Part shown: one piece after another, positions 44,172-56,089 of the stretch
How the letters are laid out: each line of letters begins with the position of its first letter
How positions within the stretch are numbered: position 1 is the first letter of the stretch
Source of the DNA: the human T2T-CHM13v2.0 reference genome, Homo sapiens
Direction: 5' to 3' (one strand)
Length of the DNA stretch: 64,000 bases
NCBI RefSeq assembly: GCF_009914755.1
Contig: NC_060944.1
Translations under genes and position numbers: made by a program
The notes under the pieces: generated by a model
Database searches by the model: none
Told to the model about the DNA's origin: nothing
Seen by the model: only the letters and a program-made list of their open reading frames with translations

Positions 44172-46350
44172 AAAGACACAGACAGACAGACCACCAAGTG
44201 GACCTAGCATCCAAGACACAGACAGACCACCGAACAGATCCAGTATCCAAAGCACAGACAGACAGACCACCAAGCAGACCCAGCATCCAAGACACAGACA
44301 GACCACCAAGTGGACCCAGCATCCAAGACACAGACAGACAGACTACCAAGCAGACCCAGCATCCAAGACACAGACAGACAGGCAGACTACCAAGCAGACC
44401 CAGCATCCAAGACACAGACAGACAGACAGACAGACAGACAGACTACCAAGCAGACCCAGCATCCAAAACACAGACAGACCACCAAGCGGACCCAGCATCC
44501 AGACACAGACAGACAGACAGACAGACAGACTACCAAGCAGACCCAGCATCCAAAACACAGACAGACCACCAAGCGGACCCAGCATCCAGACACAGACAGA
44601 CAGACAGACAGACAGACTACCAAGCAGACCCAGCATCCAAGACACAGACAGACAGACAGACAGACTACCAAGCAGACCCAGCATCCAAGACACAGACAGA
44701 CAGACCACCAAGCAGACCAAGCATCCAAGACACAGACAGACCACCAAACAGATCCAGCATCCAAGGCACAGACAGACAGACAGACAGACCACCAAGCACA
44801 CCCAGCATCCAAGACACAGACAGACAGACAGACCACTAAACAGATCCAGTATCCAAGGCACAGACAGACAGACCACCAAGCAGACCCAGCATCCAAGACA
44901 CAGACAGACAGACCACCAAGCAGACCCAGCATCTGAGACACAGACAGACAGACCACCAAACAGATCCAACATCCAAGACACAGACAGACAGACCACCAAG
45001 CAGACCAAGCATCCAAGACACAGACAGACCACCAAACAGATCCAGCATCCAAGGCACAGACAGACAGACAGACCACCAAGCACACCCAGCATCCAAGACA
45101 CAGACAGACAGACAGACCACTAAACAGATCCAGTATCCAAGGCACAGACAGACAGACCACCAAGCAGACCCAGCATCCAAGACACAGACAGACAGACCAC
45201 CAAGCAGACCCAGCATCTGAGACACAGACAGACAGACCACCAAACAGATCCAACATCCAAGACACAGACAGACAGACCACCAAACAGACCAAGCATCCAA
45301 GACACAGACAGACAGACCACCAAACGGATCCAGTATCCAAGGCACAGACAGACCACCAAGTAGACCCAGCATCCAAGACACAGACAGACCACCAAGCAGA
45401 CCCAGCATCCAAGACACAGACAGACAGACAGACAGAGAGACAACCAAGCAGACCCAGCATCCAAGACACAGACAGACAGACCACCAAACAGATCCAGTAT
45501 CCAAGACACAGACAGACAGACAGACAGACCACCAAGCCGACCCAGCATCCAAGACACAGACAAACAGACGACCAAGCAGACCCAGCATCCAAGGCACAGC
45601 AGACAGACAGACCGCTAAACAGATCCAGTATCCAAGGCACAGACAGACAGACCACCAAGCAGACCCAGCATCCAAGACACAGACAGACAGACCACCAAAC
45701 AGATCCAGTATCCAAGGCACAGACAGACCACCAAGTAGACCCAGCATCCAAGACACAGACAGACAGACCACCAAACAGACCCAGCATCCAAGACACAGAC
45801 AACAGACCTCAAAGCGGGCCCAGTATCAAGACACAGACACACAGACCTCCAAGAGGACCCAGTATTAAGACACAGACAGACAAACAGACCACCAAGCAGA
45901 CCCAGCATCCAAGACACAGACAGACAGACCACCAAACAGATCCAGTATCCAAGGCACAGACAGACCACCAAGCAGACCCAGCATCCAAGACACAGACAGA
46001 CAGACCACCAAGCAGACCCAGTATCCAAGGCACAGACAGACCACCAAGTAGACCCAGCATCCAAGACACAGACAGACAGACCACCAAGCAGACCCAGTAT
46101 CCAAGGCACAGACAGTCCACCAAGTAGACCCAGCATCCAAGACACAGACAGACAGACCACCAAACAGACCCAGCATCCAAGACACAGACAGACAGACCAC
46201 AAAGCGGCCCCAGTATCAAGACACAGACACACAGACCTCCAAGAGGACCCAGTATTAAGACACAGACAGACAGACAGACCACCAAACAGATCCAGCATTC
46301 AAGACACAGAGAGACAGATCACCAAGTGGACCCAGTATCAAGACAGACAG
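44172..46350 (+). repeat. ~2.2 kb compound minisatellite (VNTR) in XKR7 intron 1; unit gacaca(gaca)n-gaccaccaagcagacccagcatccaa, about 36-52 bp, roughly 50 copies
   Basis: Direct reading; variable GACA count per unit; variant units cagatccagtatccaaggc, catctgag, cggaccc. Confidence 0.95.
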
Positions 46351-47544
46351 AAAAGCAGACCTCGTATTCACAGGATAGACAGGCTGTCTGGCATCCAGGG
46401 GACAGAGACTGAAGCTCCTGGCCTCTAAGGGCAGGCAGACAGGCTGACCCAGGATCACAGGGTCAGACCAATAGGACATAGTATCTGAGAGACTATGTGA
46501 CCCACAGTCCAAGGGACAGGATTCCAGGATTTTGGAACTGAGCCAGGGACTGAGCCAGGATTCCAGGGCGAGACTGACTGACTAACAGACTCCTGACAGA
46601 AATGCAGGAATGGTAAATAGGCTAGCCCTGCATTCAAGGGACAGACACAATAGACAGGCTGATCTGAGCCACAGACAGAGACAATGACTCAGGATCTGAG
46701 GTCAAAGGGATGGGTCCAGGCTTGGGCCCAGGTTTGACTGTCTGAATGGACTGAGGTGCAGGCCAGAAACTCTGACCTAGAACCAGAGACTTGGGGTGAC
46801 TCAGGAACGAAGAACAGGAGAGAGATGGGGTGATGCAGACGTTGCCAGAAGCTTCCTGGCTTCTCAAGAACATGGGATCCCCTCGTCCTTTTCCCCTCCT
46901 GCCCATTAGAGAGCAGCCCCCAAACTCTGGGGGACTGGGGGACACTGGAAATTTCCCGTGAGGAGGGTAGGATGGGCCTGGGGAGAAGGGAATGAGCTCC
47001 TATTCATTTCTCGATCCTGCCACCTGTTCACAGAGGCAGTGGGGTTCAGAAGAGACAGGTTTTTGGGTCCCTGACAGGAGGGATTTCATACTCTAGCTTC
47101 TACTCTTCTCTCTAGGTGTGGCCTTTTTGCTCCCACTTGTACACTTTTGAGATGTACACTCATCTGCTCTTCCAGTTTCTTCCCGGACAAGCTTCTTCTC
47201 TGAGCACAAGACTGGGGGTCAGTAAGTTAGATTCCAAATAGACTGAGGGCCTCTGTTTCCTCATCTATGAAATGGGGACAGCAGAAGTTGCGTGTTAGGT
47301 TAACAGCATGGACTACAGTGTCTGGCTCACTTCAGGCTTCACGCAGTTCAAGCCTGAGAGCTGTTAGAGAAAGTGAGGCCTAACTGGGCTAGAGGGGCAT
47401 CAGAGAGGGCTTCCTGTAGGAAGAAGGTCAAGAATGAGTCAGCGAGGGCAGGAGGAGCCTGTGAGGTGTCCTGGCTCTTTGCAACTTCAAGCAGAGAAAC
47501 CCCAGAGCCCTGTAAGGTCAGGAGGGAGATGCACACAGATACTC

Positions 47545-48240
47545 ACATGTATTCATTCAGCAAATAGTCAGTGCCTACTCAATAATGCATCAGTGCCTAT
47601 TCTACAGGCACTGATGCTGGGGACACAGGGGTGATCAAGACAGACGAGATCCCTGCCCTCATGGATTCACAGTGGGAGAATGGAAAATAAATAAATAAAC
47701 GGTGATTTCATAGTGTAGGTTAAGATGAAAATAAGACAGGGGGTGTGGTAGACTAGAGTGAGTTGGCAAGGGTGGCCTGGGAGGCCTCTCTGAGAAGGTG
47801 TGAGCTGATGAGGAGCCAGCCATGGGAGGATCTGGGAAAGGGGTATTCCAGGCAGAGCAAGTGCAGACGTCCTGAGCCAGGGACAAGTCTGGCTGAGTTT
47901 TAGGACACCCCCCCCCCAGCGCATCTGGAGTGTCAGGAACAAGTGGGACAGTGGTTTGAGATGAGGTGAGAGAAACAGGCAGGGCCAGATGGTTTAGGGC
48001 CTGCACGCCGAGGGGAGAAGCGTGGGTTTTATTCCAAGTGTGATGGGAGGCCCTTGGAAGGCTTTGAGAAGGGGAATGACATGATCTGACAGGTTTTAAA
48101 AATATCCTGCTGGTTGCCATGTGGAGAATGGACTGTAGGGAGGCAGGAGTGGATGCGGGCAGCCACACAGAAGGCTGACGTGGTCACCCAGGCAAGATGA
48201 CTGTGGCCTGCACAGGTGGTAGCAGAGGAGACATGGACAG
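47545..48240 (-). mobile_element. L2 remnant
   Basis: attcattcagcaaatagtcagtgcctact...cctgccctcatgga...gatggtttagggcc...gaatgacatgatctgac. Confidence 0.7.
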
Positions 48241-48249
48241 ACTGGGGAT

Positions 48250-48545
48250 TTTGTTGTTTTTTAGTGATGGACTCTCACCCTGTCACCCAGGCTGGAGTGC
48301 AGTGGTGCAGTCATGGCTGACTGCAGCCTCGAACTCCTGGACTCAAGTGATCTTCCCACCTCAGCCTCCTGAGTAGCTGGGACTACAGGCACACGCCACC
48401 ACATCGGCCAATTTTTAAATGTTTTGTAGAGATGGGGTTTCTCTGTGATGCCCAGGCTGGTCTTGAACTCCTGGGCTCAAGTGATCCTCCCGCCTTGGCC
48501 TCCCAAAATGTTGGGATTCCAGGCATGAGCCGCCACACCTGGCCT
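48250..48545 (-). mobile_element. AluJ
   Basis: Antisense dimer. Confidence 0.88.
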
Positions 48546-48693
48546 GGGGATAATTTTGGAGAAGATCAGATGTACACCACCCCCAATCTGGATTCCCTTC
48601 CCTGAGGTGTGGTGTTCTTCCCTTGGGTGAAGATCAGCTTCTTTCAACTTCATTTCAAATAGAGTGGGATGTGGGATAGGGTGGACTTCCTAG

Positions 48694-49170
<477 letters not shown>

Positions 49171-50436
49171 TGAGGGCCAGGGAAATTAGGTTGCATGTCC
49201 TGGGCAGGACTGTTTTAAGACCTTTGTGGGCACCACATCTATCAAGCATATTAAAATGCAGCTACATCAAACATCCCATGTAAATTATATATGACTAGAT
49301 AAAAGCCAAATTGTAGTTGACTGGCTGACATCATGTTCTGTTTTGCACACATTTAATTAAACATTTATTAATTTTGATTCTGTAGTTTTTCCCTGTGTTT
49401 TGGAGCCAATTTTTTTTTTTCAGGCTTCAAACATTTCCCTAGGCCCATGAAAATCTCACAGGCCCTTGGCAGAGAGCTTTTCGTGCTGGCTGGAAGGAAC
49501 AGCCACAGTTTTGCTCCTGTTGCCAAAAGGGGCAGAGCGAGGCAGAACCCAGGCCTTTTATCCCCAGACCACAGTGTGGTCTTTCCACACTCCCCACTGA
49601 CCCCACATTCCTGGTACTCAGAGCCCTCCTCTCTTCTCTTCCTCCATCCCTGCTCCTGCCCACTGTGGCCCTGGGCTGTGTGAGCCCTTTGTCTGTGGTT
49701 AGCTAGGAGCTGGCAGAGGAGGGGGCAGGAGTGGGCAGGGAGGTGGGCAGGTGGCCCGTCAGGTAGTGATGGATGCTGGCCAGGGGCCAGGGCCTCTCTC
49801 ATGCTGACCCGGGCCCGGAAACAGATGGTCTTCCAGCCTGAGAGAAACTTCCAGGGTGTCACCTTCCCCCAACTCCCCAGGCCCCTTCACATTGGACCAG
49901 CTGGTCTCTCCTTCCTAGTCAAAGCCAGAGCCATGGGAAGGGGAAGGGAATGTGGCGGCAGTGGGGATGGAGGCTAGGAAAGACGGCCTGTGTTCTAGGC
50001 CCTCAGAAGTTCTAAGGGCCATCTTGGTTTCTCCCCCAGCCCCCACCTCTGGCCATCTCCAGATCTCTCTCTGCCCTTCCTGTATCCCATGCCTTAGCTC
50101 AGCCCTGTAATTTCAGACCTGGACCAAACCCCATCCTCTCCTGGCTTTCCTCCAAGCCAGCCTCCACAGCAAGCTTTCTAAGCCACTGAGCCAAGCTCAT
50201 CACCCCTGATTCTGGGATGGCATTCAGATAGAGAATAAAATCTGAACTCTTCAGTCCAGAATTTCATGCCCTTCACAATTCTAGTCTCCTTATGTCCCTG
50301 CCCATTAAAACCCCTTGTCCAGGCCCAGCAAACCTCTGGCCATTCCCCTAAAATGCCAAATTCTTTCAGGCCTCTGAGCCTTTGCTTCAGCTGATTCTCC
50401 CACCTGGAATGACCTTCCATCTCTTGTGTGCCTTCA

Positions 50437-50838
<402 letters not shown>

Positions 50839-51061
50839 TCACTTCCTATCTTGTCTCTCTTCCATGGGACTGGGAGATACATATGGGCACACAGCCTGGC
50901 ACAGAGCAGGTGGTCAGAATCCACCTGCTACATGAATGAATCATTCTGGCTGCAGGGATCCTTATGTGTGGGGTAAGCAGGAGTCCAGAAAATGGAAGAT
51001 ACAGGGAGACAAATTTCTGCTTATCAGAAGAAATACAATCCAGACCTGGAGCTGCTCAGAA

Positions 51062-51165
51062 GCTGAGGTCCCTGTCCTGGGGAGCGTGTGAGCAGTGAGT
51101 GTAGATGCAGCAGGCTGAGGTCCCTGTCCTGGGCAGCGTGTGAGCAGTGGGTATAGATACACCAG
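51062..51165 (+). repeat. 52-bp tandem duplication (2 copies)
   Basis: gctgaggtccctgtcctggg(g/c)agcgtgtgagcagtg... at 51062 and 51114. Confidence 0.9.
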
Positions 51166-51720
51166 GCTGGAAATGACTGAAGGAATTCCAGCATGGCACA
51201 GGAGAGTTGGACAGAGGGGGCTTTGCATTTCCAGAGTCAGCTTCTGAGGGAACAGCCCCCTTACCCATCCTGGCTGCCAATCCTGTCATGTGTTATGTTG
51301 ATGGTGTGTTTATGCCATAGACTGATGCCAGGATGACCCAGGGATGGGGAGGAGGGTCCTAAATGGGATGTTCCTGGCCTCATTTTGCAGAGAGAGTCCC
51401 AGAATATTCACTCTGAAAGGATCTCCAGAGTCATCAAACTCATCCCTTTCATTGGCAGATGGAGAAACTGAGGCTTTGAGAGGGCCACACAGCTGGTAAG
51501 ACCAGTATACTCATTTGAGGAAATTTGGTATCAGCTGGCCCCACATCCAGGGAGAACTGTGACTTCCTCCCTTGGGCTGTGAATAGAGTGAGTCCCCTGG
51601 TTCCCAAACAACATCCTGGAAATGCCAGCGCTTCACCCTGGGAATAGACCCCAAATCTCTGGCTCCCCAGTTTCAGATCCAGGCAGCGGGGTCAGAGAAT
51701 CTGTGTAAGGGTTCCCCCTC

Positions 51721-51753
<33 letters not shown>

Positions 51754-51767
51754 ATACACACACACAC
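51721..51767 (+). repeat. (CA)n microsatellite, interrupted
   Basis: Direct reading. Confidence 0.92.
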
Positions 51768-52209
51768 CACCCCCAGTTTCCTGGGAAAGCCACTTTTGGA
51801 AGAGTCCTCTGGTTTGCAGCAAAGAGTGTGCCTGCCCCGTGAATCAGAGAGTTTGGGGAGCCGGCGGGAGTAGGGGGCGCTGGGAAGGTGGCAGGGTCTG
51901 TAGCTGCAGGAGTAGAGCTTCTGGGCAAGGAACCAGGGCAGAAGGGAAATCAGACCCAGAGATCTGTGTGGAGAGTTCCCCTCTCACCCTACATGGGCAC
52001 TGTACTTCATAGTGTGCAAAGTTTCTTTTCATTCATTTAATCCTCACCGCCACTTTGGGAGGGATTAACTAGGGCTCAGAGAGGGTCTTGCTCAAGATCA
52101 CACAGTAAATTAGAAGCAAAGTGGGATTGATCTCAGGACTTCAGAGTCCCTTCTATACCCCCTATAGGGTTACTAGAGTTCCATTCAGTTCAACAAGCCT
52201 GCAGTCGTG

Positions 52210-52275
52210 TTTCATTCATTCAGCCCATATAGATTAAGCACACTTTCATTCATTCAGCCCATATAGATTAAGCAC
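52210..52275 (+). repeat. Exact 32-bp duplication (period 34) at an L2 3' end
   Basis: tttcattcattcagcccatatagattaagcac at 52210 and 52244. Confidence 0.9.
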
Positions 52276-53061
52276 CTACTGTGTGCTAAGAACTGAGGAT
52301 GCAGCACTTAGCAAGCCAGCCTAGTCATTCTCCAGGTACTCACAGCATGGGGGAGATGTGCACATAACCAGGCAGTTACAACCCACTGTGACAAGTGCTA
52401 GCTAGATTAGACGGAAGCCTGGGAGAGGCCCTTACCCTAGGTGGAAGGTGGTCAGCGGAAGCTTTATGGACAAAATTGTGTTCAAAAGCTGAGCCTTGGA
52501 AGAAAAGCAAGAGTCATCCCGGGTTGGGGCCGGGATGGGGTTAGGGGATAGGGCAGGGTGTTTTAGGGAGAGGAAACAATAGGTACAATTCCTCAGCAAG
52601 GAGGGAGAACATTGTGAGCTCTGGCTCTGTGACCTGTGCAGAGTGGCCAAGAAGAGCCGGAGTTTGTTGGGAGAAGTGGCATGAGAGGAAGCAGCAGTTT
52701 CAGATGCCAAGGAAAAGTGTCTGTGAGCACCTTCCTTGCACCCTGGGGTGAGAGCTGGGCACTGAGCTGTGAGGATCTCACCTCATCTGGGCACTGAGAA
52801 GGGAACAGGCCAGGGAGCTGCTGGTGGCAACAGAACCGGGGCTGGCACCAGGCAGTAGGGACTGTTCCTGGAAGGAACCTATGTGAGCAAAACTTTTTAT
52901 GGTTTACAGTCAGAGGCAGTGTTGTCTAATGGTTAGAGTGCCGGCCCTGAGGCCAGAATGGCTGGGTTTGTGTCCTGGTTCTACTGCTTCCTAGCTGTGT
53001 GACCTTGGATAAATGACATATCTCTCTGGGTCTCAGTTTGCTCACCTACAAAATGGGAATT

Positions 53062-53382
<321 letters not shown>

Positions 53383-53679
53383 TCAGCGCACTCCAAGGTG
53401 TCAGTAACCCTCCAAAGAAAGCACGCCCCAACCGTTATAGGAATAAGGGCGATACCGCTGTTGTATTAAAGGCTTTATTTACTTAGTGCCAGTCCTCTCT
53501 CTAAGCTAATGAGTCCATTCAGTGCTCCTCAACAGCAGCCTCATAAGGTGATCCTTTCGAAATGCCCATTTCACAGCTGAGGAAACAGGCTCAGCGTAGG
53601 GAGTGACTTGCCCCCTGCGCCTGTGGGCGGCTCGGGGCTGGTGCGACAGAGCGAGAGGAACCAGCGCGCGGGAGCCTGA

Positions 53680-54027
<348 letters not shown>

Positions 54028-55136
54028 TAGGGAGGCCTGCCCCTTCTACCCTCACCACCCTCCAGGCCTCTCGAGACCCCCGCGTCCCCTTCGATGGCCC
54101 ACTTATACTCAGAGTGAGGAGGGACCTGGCCCCTCCACTCCCTCGACACCCATCAGCCCCCCTGGGCGCTCCTGCCCTCCTCCCTTCCCCGTTGCCAGAG
54201 CCAACCAAACCCCATCTCCCACCCAAACACCTTAGACCCTCTGGGGAATCCCCTGCCCACTTCCTTCCCCAACCTGATCCCAGCCTGCATCTCCTGGGGA
54301 CCCCCTGCCTCATAGACCTGGCCAATCACCATCAGTTTCCAGAGAGCCTACCCCTTCACTGGGGGGCCCCGGGGGGCCCTCCCAGGCCTAGTCCTGGCAC
54401 CCATCCCCTCCTCCTCCCTACAGGCCCTGTTAATTTCCCACCTTGCCCCTTCCATAATGACAGAGCCCCTCAATATCAGAGAAAAACCGCATCCCCCTGT
54501 CTCCCTGAAGCACTCCGTGCTCTCCCAACCTAGTCCCTGCCCAACCCATCCTCAGTGTCCCAAAAGACTATCACCACCCCTCATGGCCCTGGGGACCCCT
54601 TGCCCAGTTACGGGGTCCCAATCACAACGCTTCCCACCTTGGGTCTCCCCATCCCCGCCCCTCAGCTCTGCTCAGCTCAGCTCTAGATATTCCTCTCCAT
54701 GCCCGGCCTCCTCCTGGTGGCCCACGACTTCTAATGGCCCCCTCCTGGCAGCTCCACACCCTAATCATGACCTCCTCTTCACCTCCTCTTCCACTCCCAG
54801 AGTCCCGGACCCTCATTTCCCACCCTCCCACCAAGACCCCTGAATCCTAACAGCCCCACACCAGAGTCCTAGATGGAGGCCAAACCCCCATCTTCGTCTC
54901 CCTTTATGCTCCCACCCTACAGAAGTACCCAGTCCCGTGCACCCTCACCACACCTCTTCATGGCTCTTGAAGCTCCCCACCTCCCAGACCTTCCCCACAC
55001 CCCTGCTGATCCACAGCTCCTTTCCTCACGCCTCTTCAAAACCCAGCTCCTGACCCAGAACCCTCCGCCTCTCCCCAGACCCCAACCCGAGCCCGCCCCT
55101 AACCCAGCCCACCCCGCCCCTGCCCTGTCTCCACAG

Positions 55137-56089
55137 CCCTCTCCACCTCCGCCTCCCTCGTGTCTCTGGCCTGGACGCTGGCCTCCTACCAGAAGGTGCT
55201 GCGGGACTCGCGGGACGACAAGCGGCCGCTGTCCTACAAGGGCGCCGTGGCACAGGTGCTGTGGCACCTGTTCAGCATTGCCGCCCGCGGCCTGGCCTTC
55301 GCGCTCTTCGCCAGCGTCTACAAGCTCTATTTTGGCATCTTCATCGTGGCCCACTGGTGCGTCATGACCTTCTGGGTCATCCAAGGGGAGACGGACTTCT
55401 GCATGTCCAAGTGGGAGGAGATCATCTACAACATGGTCGTGGGCATCATCTACATCTTCTGCTGGTTCAACGTCAAGGAGGGCCGCAGCCGCCGCCGCAT
55501 GACCCTCTACCACTGCATCGTCCTGCTGGAGAACGCCGCGCTCACCGGCTTCTGGTACTCCAGCCGCAACTTCTCAACCGACTTCTACTCGCTCATCATG
55601 GTCTGCGTAGTGGCCTCCAGCTTTGCGCTGGGCATATTCTTCATGTGTGTCTACTACTGTCTCCTGCACCCCAATGGGCCCATGCTGGGTCCCCAGGCAC
55701 CTGGTTGCATCTTCCGTAAGGCCTCAGAGCCCTGTGGCCCACCCGCTGACGCCATCACGAGTCCCCCCAGGTCCCTGCCAAGGACTACAGGTGCTGAGCG
55801 GGATGGGGCCTCGGCGGGAGAGCGTGCAGGGACCCCCACCCCACCTGTCTTCCAGGTGCGGCCTGGCTTGCCTCCCACACCAGTGGCCCGCACCTTGCGG
55901 ACAGAGGGGCCTGTCATCCGGATTGACTTGCCTCGCAAGAAGTACCCGGCCTGGGATGCTCATTTTATTGACCGCCGGCTCCGGAAGACCATCCTGGCAC
56001 TGGAGTACTCCTCACCTGCCACGCCCCGGTTGCAGTACCGGAGTGTGGGGACTTCCCAGGAGCTGCTGGAGTATGAGACCACAGTGTAG
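55137..56089 (+). CDS. XKR7: XKR7 exon 3 (coding part)
   Basis: Branch-like ctaac 55099, acceptor tctccacag; ...[15 protein letters not shown]...YYCLLHPNG...LEYETTV*; three exons total 1740 nt = 579 aa + stop. Confidence 0.96.

Noticed and set aside
43876-46298. Long ORFs (up to 471 aa; C/L/V/W-rich on -, Q/T/D-rich on +) over the repeat
   Set aside because: The repeat's base composition lacks stop codons; several frames on both strands are open; no splice or promoter context
44172-46350. CRISPR-like repeat/spacer appearance
   Set aside because: The 'spacers' are just (GACA)n, not unique sequence; no cas genes; mammalian intron
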